DNA from: an uncultured Pseudomonadota bacterium
Lineage (GTDB): Bacteria; Myxococcota_A; Polyangia; Fen-1088
Reading direction: 5' to 3'
Assembly (NCBI GenBank): GCA_963847705.1
Contig: CAWKBC010000003.1
Location: 1 to 54,081 of the forward strand
Length of the DNA stretch: 54,081 nt
Shown: in pieces, positions 39,373 to 49,024 of the stretch
Layout of the letters: each line of letters begins with the position of its first letter
Position numbering within the stretch: the stretch's first letter is position 1
Position numbers and translations under genes: made by a program
Notes under the pieces: generated by a model
Seen by the model: the letters and a program-made list of their open reading frames with translations, nothing else
What the model was told of the DNA's origin: nothing
The model's database searches: none

Positions 39373-39427
39373 CCTGGCCCCGCGCAGCGGGGAGAGGTCG
39401 CCGAGCCGAAGGCTCGGCGGGAGAGGG
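39373..39427. repeat. Extended REP-like element with internal GAA-loop hairpin
   Basis: CCCCGC-GCA-GCGGGGAGAGG-TCGCCGAGCC-GAA-GGCTCGGCG-GGAGAGGG between convergent dnaJ and slt. Confidence 0.7.
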
Positions 39428-39441
39428 CGTCGGAGAGGGTC

Positions 39442-41972
39442 CTACCCCTTGGGGGCGTGCGACGCTTCGGCGCGGGCGTGCTCGACGTGGTCGCGGTCGC
39501 CGTGCTTGGTTTCGGCGCGGGCCCGCAGCGGGACGGTGGGGACCGGCTTGCCGCCGTAGAGCCAGGAGTAGGCGAAGTACGAGGCCAGCACCCGCTTGGT
39601 GTAGTTGCGGGTCTCGTCGTAGGGGATCGTCTCCATGAACTCGTCCATGTCGAGGTCGCCGCGGTCGGCGAGCCAGTGGTCGACCGCGGCCTCGCCCGCG
39701 TTGTAGCCGGCGATGGCCAGCGGCGCCGTGCCGTCGAAGTGCTTCCAGAGAAAGCCCAGGAACCGCGCGCCCAGCTCGACGTTCTTGGCCGGATCGAGCA
39801 GCACCTCGCGCGTGACCGGCGCGCCGTCGGAGAAGCGCTTGGCGGTCTTGACCAGCATCTGCGTGAGGCCGATGGCGTTGGCGAACGACTCGGTCTTCGG
39901 CGAAAAGGCGCTCTCCTCGCGCATGATGGCCAGCTCCAGCGCCTCGGGGAGGTTGTTGGCCTTGGTGTTCTTGGCTGACCAGCGCCGGGAAGGCCCGCGG
40001 GTAGGCCAGCTTCCACTTGGCCACGCCGATCCCCTGCGGATACTCGAGCCGGTAGGACGTCACGCCGTAGCGCGGGAGCGAGTGCGAGGCGCTCCAGACG
40101 CCGCCGCGGTCGAGCAGCGTGGCGGTGATCCAGAGGAGATCTTCCCCTTCGGCCCGGGCGGCGGCCGCCACCGCCGCCGGCGCGTGCTTGTCGGCCGACG
40201 TCGCCAGGCCCAGCCTGGCCAGCTCGCGCCGGGCGTCGGAGCCCTGGCCCATGCGCCCCAGCTCCACCGCGCGCAGGAACCCGGGATCGCCGTAGAGCGC
40301 GCGCGGCGGGAACGACCAGGCCGGCACCTCGTGGAGGCCCTTGCGCAGCGAGGCGACCAGCGCCTCCTCGGCGTGGTGGTCCGACGATTTGAGCCGCGCC
40401 AGCGCCAGGAGCGCGTAGACCGAGAGCGGGTACTCGCGCACCGCCCGCTCGTACCAGGCGCGGGCGTCCTCATCGTGCCCCTGCTTCTCGAGCACGCGCC
40501 CCTTCCAGTACTGAACGCGACCTTCGGCGTACCAGAATCTCCTCGTGCGGGACGAGGCGGAGGTTCTCGTCCAGCCAGTGCGCCGCCTCGTCGAGCCGGC
40601 CGCCGCGCCAGGCCGCGAACGCCAGCCGCCAGAGCGCCTCGTTCAGGAGATCGCCTTGCGGGTAGCGCGTCGGCACCTCGGCCAGGAGCTTGGCGGCGCC
40701 CGCCTCGTCGCCGGCGTCGGTGGCGAGCTCCGCCATCCGCACCCGCGCGTCGTCGGCGTAGCTGTGGTCGGCGTGTTCGGCCTCGATCCGCACGTAACGC
40801 GTCATCGCCGCGTCGCGGTTCCCGGCCGAGGCGTAGGCCCGCGCCCCCTGATAGAGGGCCTTGGCGTGCAGATCGCGGTTCCCCGCCTTGGCGCAGATGC
40901 CGTCGGCCTCGTCGAAGAGCGGCGCCGCCCGCGGGCGCTGCCGCGCCTTCCAGACCGACTGCGCCCGGTAAAAGCGCGCCTTGCACTCGAGGTCGCCGTT
41001 CAGCGCGGGCGCCGCCAGAGCGGCCGCGAAGGCTGACTCCGACTCCTGGTTGCGGTTGTGATCGAAGTAGATCATCCCGCGCGTGACCAGCTCGGCCGCG
41101 CTGCGCGTGCGGACCACCGCCGCTTCGGGCGCGGGGAGGCCGGCCGCGATCTGCTCGAGCCGATCGCCGGCGCGTTCGCCCCAGGCCTCGAGCGGCGCTT
41201 CCGCCCAGACCCGCCGATAGAGCTCGACGACCTCCTGTGGTACGGCCTGGCCTGGCCGCCCGTCCTTTCCACCCTGGCTGGCATGCGCCTTCTCGGTCGC
41301 CTCGGCCTTCTTGTAGAGGACCTCGGCGTGGCGCAGGCCGCCCGGGAACCGATCGAGGTGGCTTTCGAGGGCGGCCAGGGCCTCGTCCCACCGGTTGAGC
41401 GAGCGCAGCGCATCGATGCGGATCAGGTCGGCCTCGGCCTCGGGGACGCTCCCCTTCGCCACCTTGCCGGCCCACTCGATCGCGCCGGGGTAGTCGTTTC
41501 GCCGCAGCCGGCAGCGCGCGGCGTTGTAAGCGTGGTAGGGCCCGAGCTTCGGGTAACTGTCGAAGAGCTGCTCGAACAGCTTCCCGGCGTCGGCCCAGTT
41601 CGACTGGTTGGCGCGTGCCAGCGCCAAGAGGTAGGTCGCCGCCAGCCGCTCCTCGCTCTTCCGCGGGAGCGACTTCAGGGCGCGGGTGAACCCCGCCTCG
41701 GCGGCGCTCCAGTCGTCGCCGCGGAAGCTCTCGGCGGCCGCCTTGGCCGCGCCGTGCTGGAAGAACGGCTCCAGCCAGTCGCGGTCGAAGGGGACCGGTT
41801 TTCCGGCGTGCGCCGTGGGCGCGACCGCCGGAGCGTCGTCGTCGTCGCCGACCGGCTGCGCGAACGACCTGCCGCCGACGAGGCCGAGCACGACAGGCTG
41901 GACGAAAGCCAGGATGAGGGCGAGCGAGAGCGTCGCCGCGACCGGCGAGCGGCGAGCGATGGGCACACCCAC
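39442..41972 (-). CDS. slt: Soluble lytic transglycosylase with TPR repeats (frameshifts ~40533 and ~39977)
   Basis: TPR-like helices; AIMREESAF, AIGLTQM, AGYNAG, IPYDETRNYTKRV. Confidence 0.9.
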
Positions 41973-42126
41973 ACACTACGAACCACCCACGCCACCTGCA
42001 AAAAAGAAGGTCAGGTTTCTCGCGCCGCGCGCGCCGTTCCGCGCTTGCGCGGCTCGACCATCGGCAGGCTCTCCTGGCTCGACCGCGGCGAGGCCGCGTC
42101 TTCGCCCGCGCCGGCTCGGCCGGCCG

Positions 42127-43023
42127 TCAGGCCTGGTGGATCGTGACGCGGTTGCGGCCGCCGTGCTTCGACTGGTAGAGGGCCTTGTCAGCGCGCGCCA
42201 CCAGGTCGGTGGCGTCCTTGACCGCCGGGTCTGGCAGGCCGGCGATCCCGACGCTGATGGTGACCGGGATGTGCGTCCCCTCGAAGGTGAAGCGGTGCTT
42301 CTCCACCGCCTTGCGCATCCGCTCGCCCACGATCGTCGCCTGGGTGAGGTCGGTGCCGCGGCAGATGACCGCGAACTCCTCGCCGCCGTAGCGGGCGAAG
42401 ACGTCCTCGGCGCGCAGCGCACCGGTGAGGAGGGTGGAGATCTCCGACAGCACCAGATCGCCCGCCTGGTGGCCGTGGGTGTCGTTCACCTTCTTGAAGT
42501 GGTCGATGTCGAACATCACCAGCACCAGCGGCGACTCGTGGCGGAGCGCGAAGGTCAGCTCGCTCTCCAGCCGGTCGGTGAAGTACTTCTTGTTGAACGC
42601 CTTGGTCAGCCCGTCGCGCAGGGCCGATTCGTACATCTGCTTCTGGAAGATCTCGTCCAGGTTGTCGTGGTAGGTGAACTTGAGGATCGTCGTCGACCCG
42701 ACCAGGATCTTGTCGCCGTCGGAGAGCTCCCGCCGCTCGACCTTGAGCCCGTTGCAGAAGGTGCCGTTGGTCGACCCCAAATCCTCGAGGAAGATCTTGC
42801 TCCCCTCGGTCACCAGCTGGGCGTGCTCGCGCGAGATTCCGTCGTCGAGCAGCCGCACCTGCGCCTTTTGGCCGCGGCCAATGATGGTCTTGTCGCCGTC
42901 GACCTTGTACATCTCCCCGACGCTGGCGCCCGCCAGGACCACCAAATAGGCGCGGTCCCGCTTAACGCCGGCCGTCGGAGATGCCTGCGGCTCGAAGATC
43001 TGCGTGCGTTCGTCGGACGCCAT
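42127..43023 (-). CDS. FHA-domain diguanylate cyclase
   Basis: FHA (IIGRG, ISREHA, DLGSTNGT) plus GGDEF (DGLT, DIDHFK.VNDT.GH..GD, R.ED...RYGGEEF). Confidence 0.93.
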   Translation of the reverse strand: MASDERTQIFEPQASPTAGVKRDRAYLVVLAGASVGEMYKVDGDKTIIGRGQKAQVRLLDDGISREHAQLVTEGSKIFLEDLGSTNGTFCNGLKVERRELSDGDKILVGSTTILKFTYHDNLDEIFQKQMYESALRDGLTKAFNKKYFTDRLESELTFALRHESPLVLVMFDIDHFKKVNDTHGHQAGDLVLSEISTLLTGALRAEDVFARYGGEEFAVICRGTDLTQATIVGERMRKAVEKHRFTFEGTHIPVTISVGIAGLPDPAVKDATDLVARADKALYQSKHGGRNRVTIHQA

Positions 43024-43114
43024 CCCCCTGCACTGATGCTATCACAACCGCCGGGAAGTCGAGCGGAAGCACCTCTGGCCCTCCGCTCGGGCGACGGGAT
43101 CGGGCGACGCCCCC

Positions 43115-43945
43115 CTAGCGCAAAAGCGCGCGTGCAAATTCGGCGAGGCGCGCGCCCGGGGGACCGAACGGCGCGACCGCGGCGCAGGCCTGGTCGAGCA
43201 GCACCTGCAGCCGCGCGCGGGCCGCGGCGGCGTGCTGACCGTGCTCGGCGTCGTCCCGGTCGTCGGCGTGCTGAAAGGCGATGCCGTAGGCGGTGCCGTA
43301 GCGGGCGAGGGCGGTCACCGCCTCGGGCGTGGCGCCGGCGGCCAGCGCCCCGACCTTCAACGCCGCCTCGAAGAGCGCGGCGGTCTTCTCGCCGTGCAGG
43401 ACCTCCAGCGCGTCGAGCGTGGTGGGGGGCGGCTCGCCCAGATCGCGCGCCTGGCCGCGCACCATCCCCCGCACACCGGCGCCATGGGCGAGCGCCCGGG
43501 CCGCGCGCAGGTAACGCCCCGGCTGTCCGGCGTGCTCGCCCGCCTCGGCGATCCAGTCGAAGGCCAGCGTCAGCAGCGCGTCGCCGGCCAGGATGGCGGT
43601 CGCCTCGTCGAAGGCCTTGTGGTTGCTGGGACGGCCGCGCCGGAAGTCGTCGTCGTCCATCGCCGGCAGGTCGTCGTGGATGAGCGAGTAGCAATGAATC
43701 AGCTCGACGGAGGCGCAGGCGAGCCGGACGTCGTCGTCGAGCGGACCGACCGTCTCGGCCGCCGCCATCGCCAGCAGGGGGCGGATCCGCTTGCCGGGCG
43801 CCAGCAGGGAGTAGCCCATGGCCTCGACCAGCCGGCCGGGATCGCCGTCGCCCGGCGGGCGCATCCGTGCCTCCAGCAGCGCCGACAGCTCGGCGCGCCG
43901 CGCCTCGACCCAGGAGGCCGATGGTTCAATCGGGTTGGCCGCCAT
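43115..43945 (-). CDS. ispA: Polyprenyl (farnesyl) diphosphate synthase
   Basis: GKRIRP, SLIHDDLPAMDDDDFRRG, AILAGDAL, GQ..D, KT, FQ..DD; downstream of xseB. Confidence 0.93.
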   Translation of the reverse strand: MAANPIEPSASWVEARRAELSALLEARMRPPGDGDPGRLVEAMGYSLLAPGKRIRPLLAMAAAETVGPLDDDVRLACASVELIHCYSLIHDDLPAMDDDDFRRGRPSNHKAFDEATAILAGDALLTLAFDWIAEAGEHAGQPGRYLRAARALAHGAGVRGMVRGQARDLGEPPPTTLDALEVLHGEKTAALFEAALKVGALAAGATPEAVTALARYGTAYGIAFQHADDRDDAEHGQHAAAARARLQVLLDQACAAVAPFGPPGARLAEFARALLR

Positions 43946-44190
43946 CAGGTCTGATCGAACGAGGTGACGCGAGGCGCGCCGGCGCCCCCCAGCAGCATCT
44001 CGACCTTCTTCTCCGCTCCATCGAGGATGGCGGTGCCACGCCGGCAGAGGTCCATTCCGTCCTCGAAGGCGCGCAGGCTCTCCTCGAGCGGAAGGTTTCC
44101 CCCCTCCAGCCGGTCGACCAGCGCGCGCAGCCGGGCGAGGATCTCCTCGAAGCGCTCGGGGGGCGCCTCGGGCTTCACGTCAGAACCCAT
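43945..44190 (-). CDS. xseB: Exodeoxyribonuclease VII small subunit
   Basis: FEE.L.RL..LV.RLE.G.LPLEESL..FE.G..L...L..AE.KV. Confidence 0.93.
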   Translation of the reverse strand: MGSDVKPEAPPERFEEILARLRALVDRLEGGNLPLEESLRAFEDGMDLCRRGTAILDGAEKKVEMLLGGAGAPRVTSFDQT

Positions 44191-44290
44191 GGCGCTCTCT
44201 TCTAACCGGAAAGGCCCGGAGGTTCCAGGCGGTCGGGCGTCCTTTTGGGTCGTCGATCTGGGACGCGGGCAGTGTATCCTTTCGCACACC

Positions 44291-44860
44291 ATGGCCGTCG
44301 AGACGCCACCGCCCGAGCTGGGCGCCCCCTGCCCGAGCTTCCGGCTCCCCGCCGTGGACGGGAAGACCTACGCGCGCGACGACTTCGCTGCCTCGCCGGT
44401 GCTCTGCGTGATGTTCATCTGCAACCACTGCCCGTACGTGAAGGCGGTCGAGGACCGGCTCATCCGTCTGGCGCGGGCGTTCGGCGGGCGCGGCGTGCAG
44501 ATGGTCGGCATCTGCTCCAACGACGCCGAAAGCTATCCCGACGACAGCTTCGACAAGCTGCGCGCTCGCTGGCGCGACAAGGAGTACGGCTTCCCCTACC
44601 TGCACGATGAGGCGCAGGCCGTGGCGCGCGCCTTCGGGGCCGTCTGCACGCCCGATATTTTCGTGTATGACAACGGAAAAGATGGTTCGCGACGGCTCGC
44701 CTACCGGGGGCGCATCGACGACTCCTGGAAGGACGAGAGCAAGGTGACCCGACACGAGCTGGCCGAGGCGCTCGAGGCGCTGGTGAGCGGCCGGGCGCCC
44801 TCCGCCCAACAACGACCGTCGATGGGATGTTCGATCAAATGGCGGCAGCAGGAAGCGTGA
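44291..44860 (+). CDS. Thioredoxin-fold protein (AhpC/TSA, PRX-like)
   Basis: FICNHCPYV, SND...YPDDS, FPYL.DE.Q, A.CTPD, YRGRIDD, SMGCSIKW. Confidence 0.92.
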   Translation: MAVETPPPELGAPCPSFRLPAVDGKTYARDDFAASPVLCVMFICNHCPYVKAVEDRLIRLARAFGGRGVQMVGICSNDAESYPDDSFDKLRARWRDKEYGFPYLHDEAQAVARAFGAVCTPDIFVYDNGKDGSRRLAYRGRIDDSWKDESKVTRHELAEALEALVSGRAPSAQQRPSMGCSIKWRQQEA

Positions 44861-45372
44861 GCAAGACACCAACGGCGGTGCGCACGGGCGCGCACCCGGA
44901 CCCCAAGGGGCACTGGCGTGCCTACCTCGAGCGCAAGGGGCTCAAGACCACGCAGCAGCGCGAGGCGATCGTCGACGCGTTCTTGCGGTCGTCCGGGCAC
45001 GTGGCGCTGGAGGATCTCCTCTCCTCGGCGCGTCGCAAGCACCCGAGCGTGGGCCTGGCGACCGTCTACCGCACCGTCAAGCTGCTGGAAGAGGCGGGGA
45101 TTGCCGAGGCGCGCCACTTCGGCCCCGGCCAGACGCTGTACGAGGTGGCCGAGGGGCGCGCCCACCACGATCACCTGATCTGTGACGCCTGCGGGTTCAT
45201 CATCGAGTTCGAGAACGACGAGATCGAGCAGCTGCAGGACAACCTGGCCAAGCGGCACGGCTTCAACGTGCTCCGCCACCGCCACGAGCTGTTCGGCCTG
45301 TGCGAGAAGGCCCGGGGGATCGCCGGTGGCGCCTGCCCCGCCGAGGCCGCCGGCCGGCGCGGGCGCTCGTAG
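44857..45372 (+). CDS. fur: Fur-family transcriptional regulator
   Basis: GLKTTQQR, GLATVYRT, HHDHLICDACG.IIEF, H..ELFGLC. Confidence 0.92.
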   Translation: MSKTPTAVRTGAHPDPKGHWRAYLERKGLKTTQQREAIVDAFLRSSGHVALEDLLSSARRKHPSVGLATVYRTVKLLEEAGIAEARHFGPGQTLYEVAEGRAHHDHLICDACGFIIEFENDEIEQLQDNLAKRHGFNVLRHRHELFGLCEKARGIAGGACPAEAAGRRGRS

Positions 45373-45385
45373 CGCGTTTCGAGCG

Positions 45386-46081
45386 CTACCAAGAACAGGC
45401 TCCCGAAGCGCAGGTGGGGCTCCGGGTGTACGACGCACATTGAGACGAGGAGAGATCGGTCGTCGTGACGCTGTCGTCATGGCACGTGATCATGACGTGG
45501 GCCGAGCCGTCGCCGAACTCGACGTGAGCGACCAGGTTCCCCGCCCCGTCGGTGATCTCCTCGGTGCCCGTCCCGTTTTCAACGGTTCTATAACAGACAT
45601 CGCCGTTCGCGTTCTCGACGGTGACGGTGTCCACCACCCCGTCGAGGACCTCTTGTCGCTTGATGCCGTTGCCGTAACAGGTCGTCTCCGTCCAGTGGCT
45701 GATGTCGGTGGTCGACATCGAGCTCGCACAGGACTGCCCTCTCCACTGACATTGGGCGAAGAAGCTCTCGAGACAAGCGCCGTAACATGTTCCCGTCGCG
45801 CCGCCTATCGATGACCCCGCGTCCTGCGTCGCGCCGCCTATCGATGACCCCGCGTCCTGCGTCGCGCCGCCCCTTCCGCCACCCGTGCCGCTCGCGCCGC
45901 CTGCGCTGGTCATCCCGCCTGAACCGATCGCCCCCGCCTGGCCCGGGACTCCGCCCGAGGCGCCTCCGCCTCCACCGGTTCCCGAGGCGCCACTGCCACT
46001 CGAACAGCCCGAACAGAAAAGAAGCGCGAACGCGGTCGCTGAAGCGAAGATTGAAGACGTCTTGGGTGAAGGCAAGCTCAC
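45386..46081 (-). CDS. Cys-rich hypothetical lipoprotein with Gly-rich linker
   Basis: Lipobox-like CSGC after a hydrophobic stretch; Gly/Ser linker; C-terminal domain with multiple Cys; GAGGGA before GTG 46081. Confidence 0.65.
   Translation of the reverse strand: MSLPSPKTSSIFASATAFALLFCSGCSSGSGASGTGGGGGASGGVPGQAGAIGSGGMTSAGGASGTGGGRGGATQDAGSSIGGATQDAGSSIGGATGTCYGACLESFFAQCQWRGQSCASSMSTTDISHWTETTCYGNGIKRQEVLDGVVDTVTVENANGDVCYRTVENGTGTEEITDGAGNLVAHVEFGDGSAHVMITCHDDSVTTTDLSSSQCASYTRSPTCASGACSW
45794..45871. repeat. 33-bp tandem duplication (GGATQDAGSSI)
   Basis: Two perfect copies plus a partial third. Confidence 0.85.
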
Positions 46082-46235
46082 TCCCTCGCGAATTGAATGC
46101 CTCGAAGATAGATGGTGGCTCTTCATTCTCGGCTGTTTGTCCGGTCCACCCAACCCATTTCTTCGAGGCGAACGCCCGATCGGCGTGACGGCGACCCACG
46201 ACGGCGCCGCTCCGCCGGAGTATTCTAGAGAGCGC

Positions 46236-47828
46236 GTGAACGACGGTTGGCTTCGGAAGACCGGCACCCGGCGCCCGGGCGCGGCGCCGGTCTGGGCGAT
46301 CGTGGCTGTCGCCCTGACGCTCTCGGCGCCCGTGGTCGCCGCGCCGGTCGAGGATCTGGACGATCCTCCAATCCCCGCACCGACCGCACCCACACAGCCC
46401 ACGGCACCCAAGACGCCCGCGCGGTCTTCGGCACCCAATGCGCCCGCGCCGCTCGATCCCGACAATCCGCTCCCGCCGTCGACGTTGACGCCGTCGGCCG
46501 CCGCGCCCCCTCCGGCGGCGTCTGCCGCCCCCGCTGCCGCGGCGCCCACGCCTGCTTCGGCACCGCCCGCGACCGGCCCGTTCCCCTGGCCGACCGCCCC
46601 GCCGGCCGCCGGCAGCCAGGAGACGCCGCTCTCCGCCGCGCCGGCGGCCGCGCCGCTCGGCCCCTCGCCCCCCCAGCTCGATGCGTTCACCCGCCGCACC
46701 AGGGTCGGCGCGTACGGTCAGGTCCAGCTGTTCGTCGACGGCGAGTCGAACGTCACCGGGCAGCTTCCGCTGGCCGCCTTCCTGATCGAGCACCGGCCGA
46801 GTGACTGGGTCCGGATCGCGGTCTCCGTCCAGGTCGAGGACGGCACCTCGGCCGGGATGCAGCAGGCGCTGGTCGAGACGTCGCCCTACGCGGCGCTCGG
46901 CCTGCGCGCCGGCCTGCTGATCATGCCGATCGGGCTGGGAAACCTCTCGCCCGAGCCCACCAGCTACCTGACCGTCGATCGCCCGCTCACCGATCAGCTG
47001 ATCGTGCCGTCGGTCTGGCGAGAGCTGGGGGTCGGGATCTTCGGGCAGGTGGTTCCCGGGCTGCGCTACGAAGGCGCCGTGGTCAGCGGCCTCGACGGCA
47101 CGGGGCTCTCGGCCGAGGCGCCGCTGTGGGGGACGCGCGGCGACGGAAGCACCATCGCGATTCACGACGCTGCCCTGGTCGGTCGGGTGGAGCTGGACGA
47201 TCTGCCGCCCGGCTTGATCGTCGGTGGCGGCGGGTACACGGGCGGGGCCAGCCACGGCGTCGCCGCGCTCTCCGGGCTGCGGGTGGCGATCGCCGAGGCC
47301 GATCTCCGTTACCACAATCACGGGTTCGACCTGCGCGCCGAGTACGCCCGCCTCTGGATCATCGACTCGTACCTGGCGAACGATTATTTCGGGCTGCTCG
47401 GGCAGAGCGCGATCCCGTCGCGCGGCCGCGGGTTCTACCTGGAGGCGGGCTACGATCTCATCCGGCTGGCCGCGCCCGAGTCGGGGCAGGAGCTGGTGCT
47501 GTTCGGCGGCTACGAGAACGTCGACCCGCGGAGCGAGATGTCTCCCTACAATTACAACCCGCCGGCGATCACCGGGCCGGGGCAGCTGGCCCCCGAGGCG
47601 CCGTCCCCCTCCCAGGCGTTCGTGCGCGGCGGGATCGACTACCGCCCGCTGCCCTCCCTCGCGCTCAAGCTCGATCTGCAGGTCGCGCTCGACGGCGCCG
47701 GGCCGACGCAAACGGCACCGCAGATGTCGGCGAGCGCGCAGGCGACGCCGCGTCCGATCGGCAGCGACGTCGCGTCGGCCGCGCGCGGGGTGACCCGCGT
47801 CGGTCTCGCGCTGGCGTTCAACTTCTGA
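46236..47828 (+). CDS. Outer-membrane porin-like beta-barrel with Pro/Ala-rich N-terminal region
   Basis: Signal peptide; GLLIMPIGLGNL..EPT.Y..V.RP.....IVPS.WRELG motif (porin O/P-like families); terminal aromatic F; start uncertain. Confidence 0.7.
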   Translation: MNDGWLRKTGTRRPGAAPVWAIVAVALTLSAPVVAAPVEDLDDPPIPAPTAPTQPTAPKTPARSSAPNAPAPLDPDNPLPPSTLTPSAAAPPPAASAAPAAAAPTPASAPPATGPFPWPTAPPAAGSQETPLSAAPAAAPLGPSPPQLDAFTRRTRVGAYGQVQLFVDGESNVTGQLPLAAFLIEHRPSDWVRIAVSVQVEDGTSAGMQQALVETSPYAALGLRAGLLIMPIGLGNLSPEPTSYLTVDRPLTDQLIVPSVWRELGVGIFGQVVPGLRYEGAVVSGLDGTGLSAEAPLWGTRGDGSTIAIHDAALVGRVELDDLPPGLIVGGGGYTGGASHGVAALSGLRVAIAEADLRYHNHGFDLRAEYARLWIIDSYLANDYFGLLGQSAIPSRGRGFYLEAGYDLIRLAAPESGQELVLFGGYENVDPRSEMSPYNYNPPAITGPGQLAPEAPSPSQAFVRGGIDYRPLPSLALKLDLQVALDGAGPTQTAPQMSASAQATPRPIGSDVASAARGVTRVGLALAFNF

Positions 47829-47850
47829 TCGGGGATATACGTCTGGGAGC

Positions 47851-49008
47851 GTGACGCAGGCCACAGTTCGACAGGTGATCTACGTCGCGGGTGCGCTCGC
47901 GATGGCTTGTATTTCAGCCGCGGGCTGCAAGACCGCCCCCGGCGAGCCGGCCGCTGCCCCGCCGCCCAACGGTGAGGTCTGGGTCACGGATCAGCAGTTG
48001 ACCGACGGACACATCGCCATCCAGCCGGTCGGCGTCCACGCGGTGGGCAACGACGTCGTCACCAGCGGCAAGGTGACGTTCGACGATCTGCGGGTGGCGC
48101 ACATCTTCTCGCCGGTGACCGGGCGGGTGTCGCGCATCCTGGCCGACCCAGGGGCGCGGGTGAAGAAGGGAGCCCCTCTCGTCGCCATCCAGTCGCCCGA
48201 CGTCGGCAACGCCTTCGCCGATCTCAGCAAAGCCGAGGCGGAGCTGACCGCGGTCCAGCACGATTTTCAGCGAACGAAGGAGCTCTACGAAGCCCACGCC
48301 GGTTCGCAAAAGGATTTCGAAGCGGCCCAGGACAACTACAGCAAGGCCAAGGCGGAGATCGAGCGCGCCCGCCAGAAGGCGCGCCTGTTCCGGGGCGGTG
48401 GCGCCGACGCCGTCACCCAGGAGCTCGTGCTGCGCGCGCCGATCGAGGGGGAGGTGATCGCCCGCAACGTGAACCCCGGCGCGGAGGTTCAGGGGCAGTA
48501 CTCGGGCGGCACGGCGGCCGAGCTCTACACCATCGGCGAGCTGGATCGCGTCTGGGTGATGGCCGACGTGTTCGAGATGGACCTCGCGCGGCTGAAGAAG
48601 GGGGCGAAGGTGACCATCCGGGTGGTCGCCTATCCCGACGAGGTGTTCACGGGCGTGGTCGACTGGATCGCCGATCTGCTCGATCCGACGTCGCGGACTG
48701 CGCGGGTGCGCTGCGAGGTGGAGAACCCCCAGCGGCAGCTCAAGCCCGAGATGTACGCCACCGTCACCATCGGCGTGCCGGGCCTGGAGGCGCTGGCGGT
48801 GCCGATCGACGCGATCCTGCGCCTGGCCGACCAGACGACCGTGTTCGTCGAGCAGGGGCAGGCGCCCGACGGCCGGCTGCGCTTCGTCCGGCGCCCGGTG
48901 TCGGCGGGCGATGACGAGGGAACCAGCATGGTCCCGATCCTCGATGGGCTGCAGGCGGGCGAGCGGGTGGTGACCTCGGGCGCCATCTTGCTGTCGGGGA
49001 TGCTGTGA
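47851..49008 (+). CDS. czcB: RND efflux periplasmic adaptor subunit (CzcB-like)
   Basis: Lipobox AAGC, SPVTGRV, LRAPIEGEV, VWVMADVFE, LKPEMYA, GL..GERVV. Confidence 0.9.
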   Translation: MTQATVRQVIYVAGALAMACISAAGCKTAPGEPAAAPPPNGEVWVTDQQLTDGHIAIQPVGVHAVGNDVVTSGKVTFDDLRVAHIFSPVTGRVSRILADPGARVKKGAPLVAIQSPDVGNAFADLSKAEAELTAVQHDFQRTKELYEAHAGSQKDFEAAQDNYSKAKAEIERARQKARLFRGGGADAVTQELVLRAPIEGEVIARNVNPGAEVQGQYSGGTAAELYTIGELDRVWVMADVFEMDLARLKKGAKVTIRVVAYPDEVFTGVVDWIADLLDPTSRTARVRCEVENPQRQLKPEMYATVTIGVPGLEALAVPIDAILRLADQTTVFVEQGQAPDGRLRFVRRPVSAGDDEGTSMVPILDGLQAGERVVTSGAILLSGML

Positions 49009-49024
49009 GCGGAGACCTTCTTCG

